In this document: one piece after another, positions 8,453 through 16,409 of the stretch | Layout of the letters: the number at the start of each line of letters is the position of its first letter | Position numbering within the stretch: position 1 is the stretch's first letter | Virus record (IMG/VR): IMGVR_UViG_3300027917_000021 | Location: 1 to 64,000 of that record | Strand: one strand, 5' to 3' | Source of the DNA: a virus | DNA: 64,000 bases | Position numbers and translations under genes: made by a program | The notes under the pieces: model-generated | The model's database searches: none | What the model saw: only the letters and a program-made list of their open reading frames with translations | What the model was told of the DNA's origin: nothing

Positions 8453-8641
8453 GTCTAAATCCCACTCTTCGTCAACTAAAAAAATATCTCCTGAAAACCA
8501 GAATGTGCCGCCTTGATTAACTCCTTTTTCGGCATATTGATTTTTGCCAATAAGAATTCCTTCTTGTTCTTCTTTAGGAGTTACGTCTGGTGTTCCTTTT
8601 AGAACTGGCCGGGATGCCACTATAATATTGATCGATTTCAT
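8438..8641 (-). CDS. Small hypothetical protein; stop inside tRNA-Trp
   Basis: GGAGG RBS; ends APIG* within the tRNA. Confidence 0.6.
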   Translation of the reverse strand: MKSINIIVASRPVLKGTPDVTPKEEQEGILIGKNQYAEKGVNQGGTFWFSGDIFLVDEEWDLDAPIG

Positions 8642-8819
8642 CTGTTAATATGACCTCCGTGTTGTATGTGGTTACAGTACAGTCGTGTGAAAATGTTACT
8701 ATAACTTCTCCTATTCTTTTTCCTTCCGGATAAGGTATCACGGTTTCTGCTTGTGTTGCACTATACCAATAAACTGGAGTTGTTATTACTTGTTTGTTAA
8801 TTAAATTTATATTTTTCAT
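8574..8819 (-). CDS. Small hypothetical protein, ATG 2 nt after tRNA-Glu
   Basis: ORF track and position. Confidence 0.6.
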   Translation of the reverse strand: MKNINLINKQVITTPVYWYSATQAETVIPYPEGKRIGEVIVTFSHDCTVTTYNTEVILTDEIDQYYSGIPASSKRNTRRNS

Positions 8820-8821
8820 AG

Positions 8822-8894
8822 TGGTCCCGGGGAGAATTGAACTCGCCGTTTTCTGGTTGAAAGCCAGATATCCTAACCATTAGATGACGGGACC
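8822..8894 (-). tRNA. tRNA-Glu(TTC)
   Basis: Cloverleaf, loop CT TTC AA. Confidence 0.95.
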
Positions 8895-9116
8895 TCTGGG
8901 TGCTTTTTTAATTTTTCTTTGTGGAAAAGGAAAAATAAAAAATACTGTAGCGTGTACTACATTTGAAGGCATTCCTTCGTAACCTTTAATATTTTTTGCT
9001 GTGATAATTTTACTTGCATTAAATTGGGTTGGGGAAGGATTTTGTGTTTTTAAATCAACCTGTATTGTTCCATTAAACATTCCCAAACCTGTACCTTTTA
9101 TTATATATGCTTTCAT
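8880..9116 (-). CDS. Small protein bounded by tRNA-His and tRNA-Glu
   Basis: ATG 2 nt after His; stop inside Glu. Confidence 0.6.
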   Translation of the reverse strand: MKAYIIKGTGLGMFNGTIQVDLKTQNPSPTQFNASKIITAKNIKGYEGMPSNVVHATVFFIFPFPQRKIKKAPRGPVI

Positions 9117-9118
9117 AG

Positions 9119-9194
9119 AGGGTCGTCAGGGAGTCGAACCCTACCTATACGAGCCACAATCGTACGTGCTTCTGCCCATATACACTACCGACCC
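9119..9194 (-). tRNA. tRNA-His(GTG)
   Basis: Loop TT GTG GC; atypical A-1/U73. Confidence 0.88.
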
Positions 9195-9421
9195 TTAAGT
9201 ACTCTTTTTAATTTTTTGCAGTCTATGCATATCTGCTCTTTCCTTCTAAATGTTTCAAATATTTCTCCACATGCTTTACATGCTTTGTCTCGCAAGCCTT
9301 CTGGCCTGTCATCAATCTCTGCAGTACATATATCTGTGCTGTCTGCTGTATCTGTTATTCTTATCCAGGTAGTTCCTGCTGTAGAAGTATCGCCTGTATA
9401 TTCTAATGTTGCAAATCCCAT
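9185..9421 (-). CDS. Small Zn-ribbon protein; stop inside tRNA-His
   Basis: CxxC...CxxC. Confidence 0.65.
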   Translation of the reverse strand: MGFATLEYTGDTSTAGTTWIRITDTADSTDICTAEIDDRPEGLRDKACKACGEIFETFRRKEQICIDCKKLKRVLKGR

Positions 9422-9447
9422 AAATTATTACCTTAATAAAACAAAAA

Positions 9448-9619
9448 TAGGGTGCTGTCCAGGTCGCTCATTTCTACGCCGTTGGTTAGTGCGGACTTAA
9501 AGCCAGTACGCGAGCCTCTAGCCGAACGTTATGACTAGAATATCTTCTCGATCACCAACATTATGTCTCTTTCTCTAGGAGTATTCTCACTACGAAATGC
9601 CCTCGATGCAGCACCTCTA
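9448..9619 (-). ncRNA. Unassigned structured RNA candidate (~170 nt)
   Basis: Closing stem GGTGCTG/CAGCACC; nested CATTTC/GAAATG and GTTGGT/ACCAAC. Confidence 0.5.
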
Positions 9620-9674
9620 ATTAAAGGGAGGATGTGCCGGCTGAGGACGCATTGCGTCCTCTATCCTCCCGTAG

Positions 9675-9748
9675 TAGCGCGGACGGGATTTGAACCCGTG
9701 ACCTGTTGGTTATGAGCCAACTGAGCTACCGGACTGCTCTACCGCGCG
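9675..9748 (-). tRNA. tRNA-Met(CAT), initiator-like body
   Basis: C1 mismatch, A11-U24 type D stem, loop CT CAT AA. Confidence 0.93.
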
Positions 9749-9754
9749 ATATAG

Positions 9755-9828
9755 TTGCGGGGGCGGGATTTGAACCCGCGACCTACAGGTTATGAGCCTG
9801 CCGAGCTACCAGACTGCTCCACCCCACA
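9755..9828 (-). tRNA. tRNA-Met(CAT)
   Basis: Cloverleaf, loop CT CAT AA. Confidence 0.93.
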
Positions 9829-9835
9829 TTAACCA

Positions 9836-10050
9836 TCATAATTTATTTTCTATAACCAGGATTCTGTATTTAACGTACGTTAAATGTCCGTGATTTATCT
9901 GTTGGCCCCTACCTTGTCATTATAGAGCTGCTCTCCCTCTAGACTATTTTGGGTCGCATCCTTGGTGGTATAATGGATATTCCTCCCACCGTGAGCAGCG
10001 ATGTCCTGAGTTTCCTCTCCGTAGAGCCACGAACCAAAAATAAATTATGA
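9836..10050 (-). ncRNA. rnpB: Minimal RNase P RNA
   Basis: CR-I GAGGAAACTCAGGAC, CR-IV AGATAAAT and CR-V ACAGAATCCTGGTTA with a complementary P4; P1 TCATAATTTATTTT/AAAATAAATTATGA. Confidence 0.88.
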
Positions 10051-11229
10051 AAATTTGTAAATAGTGCCTTCCGGAGACCTACTGATATAAACTTTTGATG
10101 TTTCCAGTACATGTGCTATCATCTCAACAAATTCTTTGAGGGTATCAAATTCATAATCAATATCACAATATGTAAGACAATATTTCTTTAAATTGTCAAC
10201 ACATGTTATTACCAATCTCCTATCAGCAACATTTTTTAATTTGTGAATATTAAAACTATATTCCAACAGTGATAAATCCAAAACTGTTTTTCTAAAATTT
10301 CCCTGCCATACATGCATTTTATTCTGCTCATATTTATTTTCCAGTATGAATTCATTGTTGTAGTGGTCCAGATTTGTCATTGGTCCGGTACCATGCCTAG
10401 TTTGATAAGCACGCGTAACTATCCAAACAGTAGGTTCTGCACTCTCTGGCAATGATATGTTTTTCATTCCTGTATTAGATCGTGTTACATGTGGAAAAAA
10501 TCCCAAATCTTGATCTAACAATAATCCTTGTGCACTTTCATAAATATAAGAATCAAAACCATCCGGAATATCTGTGCCTATATGTAGTCGCACGGCATAA
10601 TCATAGAAGTCTTCTCTTAATTCTTCACAAGCACCAAGAAATTTTTTCCAATCAGTTTTTTTGTTATAATATTTTTCCACCATACGAATTTTATACAACA
10701 AAATAGGTTCATAAAAAATATCTAGAAATTTAAAACTATAATGATCTTGTTCTCTTTTAATTGTAGTTCCGAATCCAACACCAACGCTTCCATGTTTAGT
10801 TATCAATTCCTGATTTTGATTAAATTCCTTATCAAGTGGAGTAGTAACCGGTGCATGAGAAGAAATAAATATTTCTGGGTCAATACCTTTCCCTATCAAA
10901 ATACCAAGTTCTTTTAGTAGTCCTTCTGGATCAACGGTGCAATGTTTACTCCAATAGGTGGGCACCCCGCGAAGAGTGCCCGAACCAAAATTGGAGAATA
11001 CATGTGATATTTTATTATGAATTACATGGTGCCCTGCTTGATGGCCACCATTAAAACGTATAACAAGAGGATTTTTCCTCTCACCGCTTAGCCAATCAAC
11101 TACTCTACCTTTTCCGTTATCCCCAAAACTTAAATCGAGGACAACATCATAAGATGACTTCTTCTTGAGGTTTTTCAACTTCCTCTTTAGGTTTTGTAGT
11201 ATCATCTGAAAATTTTCCTTGTTTGACAT
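10045..11229 (-). CDS. Adenylosuccinate synthetase-like protein (divergent PurA family)
   Basis: FGDNGKGRVVD, GGHQAGH, ESAQGLLLD, PHVTRS and TRHGTGP motifs; start uncertain. Confidence 0.85.
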   Translation of the reverse strand: MSNKENFQMILQNLKRKLKNLKKKSSYDVVLDLSFGDNGKGRVVDWLSGERKNPLVIRFNGGHQAGHHVIHNKISHVFSNFGSGTLRGVPTYWSKHCTVDPEGLLKELGILIGKGIDPEIFISSHAPVTTPLDKEFNQNQELITKHGSVGVGFGTTIKREQDHYSFKFLDIFYEPILLYKIRMVEKYYNKKTDWKKFLGACEELREDFYDYAVRLHIGTDIPDGFDSYIYESAQGLLLDQDLGFFPHVTRSNTGMKNISLPESAEPTVWIVTRAYQTRHGTGPMTNLDHYNNEFILENKYEQNKMHVWQGNFRKTVLDLSLLEYSFNIHKLKNVADRRLVITCVDNLKKYCLTYCDIDYEFDTLKEFVEMIAHVLETSKVYISRSPEGTIYKFS

Positions 11230-12046
11230 TTGAAAGAATTGTATCTCGAATTATTTTTGATACATCTTCATGTCTATCCGCAATGAACAATCGATCGCCC
11301 ATTAATTGTTTCCATCCATCAACTGTTTCTTTACGTGCTCCGGCTGCAGTTTCAGCAATATGAATATGAAAAACATCATACGTTTTCATTGCTTGTGCCA
11401 ATAGTTCATTTGCTGTTGTATCTGAATATTGCCCTGGACCCATGATACCTTCCAAGTGTCTTTTAGAAATAGACTCGAGTACCGGCTCGTCACCAATTGT
11501 GAATAGAAAGCCTTTTTGGCTACGCTTCTCAAAACAATCAATTGATGTATGTTTACTGGCAAAATACCATGCCAAATGATAGCTTTCGCCGACATTGCCT
11601 CCACCGCCGCCTTCTAAATAAACAGCAGTAAGCCATTTATCTAAAAGCTCATCACTTGATTCGAATTGTCCAACTTGTAATGGAGCACTATCGAAATTTG
11701 AATCTCCCACAGCCACAAACATAATTTGTGGGTCTGGAATTCCTGCCTGGATAATGCCTTCCATAATCTTTGGCAGGCCATCTTTAACCAGGAAATGTGG
11801 AACTGATCCCATGGAGCCGGTAACATCCAGACCTATAACAATAGCCAGGCTATTTGGATGTTCATCTGAATCCCGAGATTCTCTTACTGTTACACCATGA
11901 GGACTCATGGCATTATTTATAGAACGCTGTTTAAAAACGTTCTCTTTGTGGGATAAATACTCTTCAGTATCCTTATACCCTTCTGTTGTGGCCATGAACG
12001 CAATGCGTTCCGTGCGGGATTCGCTGGAATATCTTCCGCCACCCAT
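11147..12046 (-). CDS. vWA domain protein
   Basis: DVTGSMG MIDAS, GGGGN.GESY, TIGDE. Confidence 0.88.
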   Translation of the reverse strand: MGGGRYSSESRTERIAFMATTEGYKDTEEYLSHKENVFKQRSINNAMSPHGVTVRESRDSDEHPNSLAIVIGLDVTGSMGSVPHFLVKDGLPKIMEGIIQAGIPDPQIMFVAVGDSNFDSAPLQVGQFESSDELLDKWLTAVYLEGGGGGNVGESYHLAWYFASKHTSIDCFEKRSQKGFLFTIGDEPVLESISKRHLEGIMGPGQYSDTTANELLAQAMKTYDVFHIHIAETAAGARKETVDGWKQLMGDRLFIADRHEDVSKIIRDTILSNVKQGKFSDDTTKPKEEVEKPQEEVIL

Positions 12047-12435
12047 TAAGTCACCTCGCCTTCCAATTCACCAACTGGTATGTTTCCCGGTTTTTTTGAG
12101 GAATCAACGAATTGATATTCGTATTCCTGTTTAGCTAACATAAGGCGAATTTTTTCGTTCCTGATTTTCATAGCCAGCTCCAGATTTTTTTCAACGTATG
12201 CTGCTGCGTCAAAATCTGAAGGAACTTTAAGGCTCAATGCATTATCAGGAGATAAATCAAGCATATTCTCTTTATCTCTTAGGAGTTGCTTAATTTTCAC
12301 CTCAATGTCTTCCACCTTACGTTTATATAAAAGCTCGGCGGACTCGACCAGTGCTTCTGCACGGTCTTTTCGAATACCTTGATTGGTTCTCGTTAGAGAC
12401 TCAACAAAGGCTCCTTTAGCTTGTTGATTAGCCAT
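12046..12435 (-). CDS. Coiled-coil hypothetical protein
   Basis: Heptad-rich; TAATG coupling to the vWA gene. Confidence 0.75.
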   Translation of the reverse strand: MANQQAKGAFVESLTRTNQGIRKDRAEALVESAELLYKRKVEDIEVKIKQLLRDKENMLDLSPDNALSLKVPSDFDAAAYVEKNLELAMKIRNEKIRLMLAKQEYEYQFVDSSKKPGNIPVGELEGEVT

Positions 12436-12451
12436 TTTCTTTCCTCTCTGT

Positions 12452-12643
12452 TTAATGGTTTAATTTGCTATTTACCATAGCTTTATAATATAGATGTTTT
12501 TGATTTTCCAAAAAATTGTCTAAAGCATGAAGCTTAGTTTCTAATGCACAAATCCACGCATATGTGTTAATGGGATCCTTAGATGCATTTAAATTCTTTT
12601 CTATTATTTTTAATTCTTTTAAATATTCACTTAAATTGACCAT
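12452..12643 (-). CDS. Hypothetical protein
   Basis: ORF 7 nt after a GGAATAAGAA motif. Confidence 0.55.
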   Translation of the reverse strand: MVNLSEYLKELKIIEKNLNASKDPINTYAWICALETKLHALDNFLENQKHLYYKAMVNSKLNH

Positions 12644-12667
12644 ATTTACTTTCTTATTCCATATTTG

Positions 12668-12753
12668 CGGTAGGAGAAGGATTCGAACCTTCGTGCCCCG
12701 TAGGACGACGGTTTAGCAAACCGTTGCAATTAGCCTGACTCTGCCATCCTACC
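12668..12753 (-). tRNA. tRNA-Ser(GCT)
   Basis: Long variable arm, loop TT GCT AA, G73. Confidence 0.93.
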
Positions 12754-12957
12754 TATTCCTGGTAAAAAATGGTCTATAATTGTAGTACCATCTATTTTTA
12801 CTTCCCGAACCCGAACCATTCCAGTACCTGTTCTGCCTAAAATCACACTTGGCAGTTCAATATTAGTAGTAGCACTGTGCCCGTGTATTCCGTTTTCTTC
12901 ATGGCTCATTCTTATCCATGTCAATGTTTGACCATCAATTAAATTTATTTTTCTCAT
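12730..12957 (-). CDS. Small protein; stop inside tRNA-Ser
   Basis: GGAGG RBS; ends GRMAESG* within the tRNA. Confidence 0.65.
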   Translation of the reverse strand: MRKINLIDGQTLTWIRMSHEENGIHGHSATTNIELPSVILGRTGTGMVRVREVKIDGTTIIDHFLPGIGRMAESG

Positions 12958-12970
12958 AGTCCTCCTTTTG

Positions 12971-13044
12971 TGGGGACAGTTGGAGTTGAACCAACGACCA
13001 GAAAATTTTCAGTTTTCCACTCTACCACACTGAGTTACATCCCC
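12971..13044 (-). tRNA. tRNA-Phe(GAA)
   Basis: Cloverleaf, loop CT GAA AA. Confidence 0.93.
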
Positions 13045-13632
13045 ATTACGTCTACAGAAAGTTGATTGTTGGCTATTACAATTTGGACAAAGTAATCTTA
13101 AATTTTTTATTCTGTAATCATCATTTTTACCATTTATATGGTCCAGTATTAGAACAAGTGGCTTTTCATTCCAAATAGGTTTTAATTTACAGATATTACA
13201 TTCATTATTTAAAAGATTTTTTTCTACCAACCTTTTCTTTAACCGTGTATTATTTTTATATGACGAATTATCAACCAATATTTCTTCTAAAGTTTTTCTT
13301 ACTACTTCCCCAGTTCTTCCGTGTGCTTTGCCCAAAAAATGATCTGTAGATATTTTTAATTTTTTTATATGGCGATTCAACGTGTCATAATTACCAGGTC
13401 TCGAACTTAACCCCAATTTTCGTAAAACCTCTGCTTTAGAAATACTAGTTTTAATTGCTTCTTTTAGATCAGTGTCGCTCCAGGTTCTTTGACCAGATCG
13501 TCTATATTGAGTTTTCAATCCATATTTATCTAACCAATACTTTGCAGATGTATACGATATTTGTTCTTTTGCTGCTATGTTTCTTATAGATAATCCAGCT
13601 TCTATATACTTAATTAAATTTTGTTTTTTCAT
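13009..13632 (-). CDS. HNH homing endonuclease
   Basis: CxxC...LDHING...NLRLLCPNCNSQ; N-terminal HTH-like region. Confidence 0.92.
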   Translation of the reverse strand: MKKQNLIKYIEAGLSIRNIAAKEQISYTSAKYWLDKYGLKTQYRRSGQRTWSDTDLKEAIKTSISKAEVLRKLGLSSRPGNYDTLNRHIKKLKISTDHFLGKAHGRTGEVVRKTLEEILVDNSSYKNNTRLKKRLVEKNLLNNECNICKLKPIWNEKPLVLILDHINGKNDDYRIKNLRLLCPNCNSQQSTFCRRNGDVTQCGRVEN

Positions 13633-13637
13633 ACTAT

Positions 13638-13666
13638 AATATACTAAAATTATTACAGTATGTCAA
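13638..13666 (-). promoter_or_regulatory. sigma70-type promoter, leaderless HNH transcript
   Basis: TTGACA-17-TATATT, ATG 5 nt downstream. Confidence 0.75.
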
Positions 13667-13668
13667 TA

Positions 13669-13698
13669 GTTCGCTCTACCAACTGAGCTACAGTCCCC
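13669..13698 (-). pseudogene. Orphan tRNA 5' half
   Basis: GGGGACTGTAGCTCAGTTGGTAGAGCG ends abruptly at the HNH promoter. Confidence 0.8.
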
Positions 13699-13702
13699 TT
13701 AA

Positions 13703-13900
13703 TTATTCTTTTGGTCTATTATGTTTATGATATTCTTTTAAAGTCCATCCTAATGATCTAAGCCTTTTATCTGCTAATTCTAACATTTCTTTTTCGGACA
13801 TGTATGATGCTAATCCTTCATTGATGACTTTCATCATGAGTTCATCAACTTCTTTTAATCCTGCTCTTATAAAGTAGCAGTCTGTGAATTTAACTTCCAT
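13703..13900 (-). CDS. Small protein (MEVKFTD...), ATG 2 nt after tRNA-Leu
   Basis: Related to 8074..8364 (VKFTD, LxSxGW). Confidence 0.7.
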   Translation of the reverse strand: MEVKFTDCYFIRAGLKEVDELMMKVINEGLASYMSEKEMLELADKRLRSLGWTLKEYHKHNRPKE

Positions 13901-13902
13901 AG

Positions 13903-13987
13903 TAGGAGCGGAGGGACTTGAACCCCCACGGTATTTCTACCACTAGATCCTAAGTCTAGCGCGCCTGCCAAATTTCGCCACGCTCCC
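13903..13987 (-). tRNA. tRNA-Leu(TAG)
   Basis: Long variable arm, loop CT TAG GA. Confidence 0.95.
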
Positions 13988-13998
13988 ATTTAGGACAG

Positions 13999-14202
13999 CT
14001 ATGCTGTCCTAATATGTTTATATTGTGTTTTACGTTTTTGTTTCCAGGATCTTTTAGGATACCTGCTTATTCCCACTCCTGAATTGCAGCCTTTGCCTAG
14101 TGGACATATAGGACATAATCCACCAAGCAGCACGTAATACCTTGCTGCGCGATATATTCTATTGTTTGTTGTTGTATGTAGAATTTGATAAGCTTTGTGC
14201 AT
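13999..14202 (-). CDS. Small basic Cys-containing protein
   Basis: CPICP...GCN, RSWK...RKTQY. Confidence 0.6.
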   Translation of the reverse strand: MHKAYQILHTTTNNRIYRAARYYVLLGGLCPICPLGKGCNSGVGISRYPKRSWKQKRKTQYKHIRTA

Positions 14203-14632
14203 AGTTTACAGGCCATATATAAGGTAAATTATTAGGTTCTGTCCAATCATATTGAGAATAGAAAGAAAAATCTTTTCTTAATAGATTGGATCTATGACTC
14301 GCATGAAAATTTTCATCCCCTAACCAATGTGGAAGATGTATGACATCTGCTATGATAAAACGTGGCATATTATTTTTATATCCTTTAAGTATCCATGTAT
14401 CTACTACGACATTATAATATTTCGTAAGAGCGTCCTCATATCCTTCCCACATTAAAACAGCTGGATGGTTTATCCACCCCTTAGGTACATTTTTGTCTCC
14501 TTTTTGAATAGCTTTTCTTCTTTCTAGGACATTCAAAATTTGATATGCCTCTACTCGCTGTTTTCCAAGCCTTCTGTAATCTAATATTTTTGCACTTACA
14601 TTAAAATCCGGATAAGGTAAAAAAGTTTGCAT
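14159..14632 (-). CDS. Pyrimidine-dimer DNA glycosylase superfamily protein (MSMEG_6728-like)
   Basis: MQTFLPYPDF, LDxRRLGKQRVE, HPAVLMWxGY, HxSHRSNLLRKD. Confidence 0.88.
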   Translation of the reverse strand: MQTFLPYPDFNVSAKILDYRRLGKQRVEAYQILNVLERRKAIQKGDKNVPKGWINHPAVLMWEGYEDALTKYYNVVVDTWILKGYKNNMPRFIIADVIHLPHWLGDENFHASHRSNLLRKDFSFYSQYDWTEPNNLPYIWPVNYAQSLSNSTYNNKQ

Positions 14633-14635
14633 AAT

Positions 14636-14857
14636 TTATCTGGGTTTATAAGCACGTATAAACTCAAAACGTCCACTTCTCATAGGAGGCCCTCCTGGAT
14701 ATGCGTGCTTTATTTGTTTATTGAAAAATAAACTCATAGAAAAATCTTGGGTTTCCCATTTTTTCTTCAATTTTTCTAAAGCTTCGGTGACTTTAACTTT
14801 ATCAGTTATTTCATCGAATACTGTTTCTTGTGTAACGTGAACTATACGTTTTTTCAT
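14636..14857 (-). CDS. Small protein, ATG 2 nt after tRNA-Leu(CAA)
   Basis: Start reassigned to ATG 14857. Confidence 0.6.
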   Translation of the reverse strand: MKKRIVHVTQETVFDEITDKVKVTEALEKLKKKWETQDFSMSLFFNKQIKHAYPGGPPMRSGRFEFIRAYKPR

Positions 14858-14859
14858 TG

Positions 14860-14945
14860 TAGGCAAGGTAGGGTTTGAACCTACACCCCATCACGGTGGG
14901 ACTAGAGTTTGAACCTAGCGCGTCTTCCAATTCCGCCACTTGCCC
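14860..14945 (-). tRNA. tRNA-Leu(CAA)
   Basis: Long variable arm, loop TT CAA AC. Confidence 0.93.
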
Positions 14946-15163
14946 TAAGCATCGAAAAAGATTTTTAATATTATAGATGCTATTTCATTTGATTTTTTAA
15001 GTGAAAGATCACTATTATCTTTTATAGCCATGGCTAAATTAGCTCTCCAGCCTACATGATATCCTTTATCTGTTTTTAGTGCTTTTCCTAATGTGTCCAT
15101 TGCGTCTTCGATATGGTTCTTTTTTACAAGAACTTCTTTTCTTACAAATTTTACTTTTTTCAT
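14945..15163 (-). CDS. Small protein bounded by two tRNA-Leu genes
   Basis: ATG 2 nt after Leu(TAA); TAG shares its G with Leu(CAA) G1; GWxANLAMA motif. Confidence 0.7.
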   Translation of the reverse strand: MKKVKFVRKEVLVKKNHIEDAMDTLGKALKTDKGYHVGWRANLAMAIKDNSDLSLKKSNEIASIILKIFFDA

Positions 15164-15165
15164 AG

Positions 15166-15249
15166 TAGGGATGGAAGGGGTCGAACCTTCACGATATTTC
15201 TATCACGGAATTTTAGGTCCCGCGCGCCTGCCGATTACGCCACATCCCC
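15166..15249 (-). tRNA. tRNA-Leu(TAA)
   Basis: Long variable arm, loop CC TAA AA (C33). Confidence 0.9.
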
Positions 15250-15256
15250 AAAAAAA

Positions 15257-15421
15257 AGAGGTAGTTATCAGCTATAAGCATTAGTCTTATGTGGCCGGAA
15301 ACATTTGAGTTCTGCTCGGGTTAGCCTATTATGTTCGAGCCTTTAGCTACCAGAATGTTCACATAACCATCATTTCCCCTGCCAGGTAGGAATACCAAAC
15401 ACTATTATTGTAACTACCTCT
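15257..15421 (-). ncRNA. Unassigned structured RNA candidate (~165 nt)
   Basis: Perfect 11-bp closing stem AGAGGTAGTTA/TAACTACCTCT; nested stems. Confidence 0.55.
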
Positions 15422-15431
15422 CTCCCACTAC

Positions 15432-15956
15432 TTACCGGCCAAAATTGACCAGAGCAGCAGGAATATCAATATCTACTTTTGTCGCATTGGCAAGTGCAAC
15501 AGTCTGTCGTATATCCGCTGCATGTTTATTGGCAGCATTACGAACTTTTGTCGCATCTTCTTTGGCAATACTTCTTTTTGCATGTACCTCATCTTTATTA
15601 CGTACACGATCATATGTATCACCCCACCCACGGCGTGATGTTTCTTTGTCAACAGTAAGTATTTTCCATGTAGACGCAAAACGGCTAGCCATGCCAATTG
15701 CCTTAATCGCATATGCTAAAGTTTTTTCTTCTCCAGCAATTTCTACTTTGACATAAAGATTGTATCTTTGCTGTGCTTCTTCAAGTTTAGCTACAGCATC
15801 TTCTGCTTTTTTATAATCCTCTGCAACTACTATAGGATCCACTTTATCATTATCATCAAAATAGTAAAGTGAATTTTTCAAATCAGTTGCAGCTCCATCT
15901 AGCACTGTACGCCAATGACGTAGTGCTTCTCTTAACTGATATCCAGTTACTTTCAT
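15432..15956 (-). CDS. Long helical protein, possibly DIP1984/septicolysin-like
   Basis: LxEAL N-terminus, QxxN..V.V...TLAxAI, IRxxVALANATxV C-terminus. Confidence 0.6.
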   Translation of the reverse strand: MKVTGYQLREALRHWRTVLDGAATDLKNSLYYFDDNDKVDPIVVAEDYKKAEDAVAKLEEAQQRYNLYVKVEIAGEEKTLAYAIKAIGMASRFASTWKILTVDKETSRRGWGDTYDRVRNKDEVHAKRSIAKEDATKVRNAANKHAADIRQTVALANATKVDIDIPAALVNFGR

Positions 15957-16150
15957 TGTTTTCCTTCCGTTAAAATTATTTCTTTTGGTAATACTTGGCT
16001 ACGAACAAATACCCAGCTTAAATGATTTTCTCTGGCTGTTAATATCCAACCTGAGCCTGAGCCTTCATCCATAGATCTAGGAATTACCTGACTACTATCA
16101 ACACTTTTTATAATTAGTTGATTTCTAGAATGTACTTTTATTTGCTTCAT
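15953..16150 (-). CDS. Small protein, ATG 2 nt after tRNA-Ser(TGA)
   Basis: ATGA coupling to the downstream gene. Confidence 0.65.
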   Translation of the reverse strand: MKQIKVHSRNQLIIKSVDSSQVIPRSMDEGSGSGWILTARENHLSWVFVRSQVLPKEIILTEGKQ

Positions 16151-16152
16151 AG

Positions 16153-16244
16153 AGGTGGGTTAGAGATTCGAACTCTAAAACCGCTTTTCAACGGCCACGC
16201 TGTTTTCAAGACAGGTCCCCGCGCCAAATGAGGTCAGACCCACC
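16153..16244 (-). tRNA. tRNA-Ser(TGA), atypical D arm and U73
   Basis: Loop CT TGA AA, long variable arm. Confidence 0.85.
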
Positions 16245-16327
16245 TAGTTGGCGAGAGCTTTATAAACATTAACTCATAATCACTATCTACTCTCGCTTAG
16301 AGTAGTGAATAGACCTAATGCCATAAG

Positions 16328-16403
16328 CGGGGCATAACGGATTTGAACCGATGGTCTCCTGCGTGACAGGCAGGCGCTTTAAGCCAAGCTAAGCTAATAC
16401 CCC
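16328..16403 (-). tRNA. tRNA-Asp(GTC)
   Basis: Cloverleaf, loop CT GTC AC. Confidence 0.95.
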
Positions 16404-16409
16404 GTTTTT

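Noticed and set aside
10045-11229. PurZ / 2-aminoadenine genome
   Set aside because: The motif is GDNGKG with Asp retained, not the Ser-type GSxGKG of PurZ.
13009-13698. Group I intron carrying the HNH in tRNA-Phe
   Set aside because: No P/Q/R/S core is visible and the downstream tRNA is already complete.
16153-16244. tRNA-Sec or opal suppressor
   Set aside because: The anticodon reads TGA (decodes UCA, Ser), not TCA.
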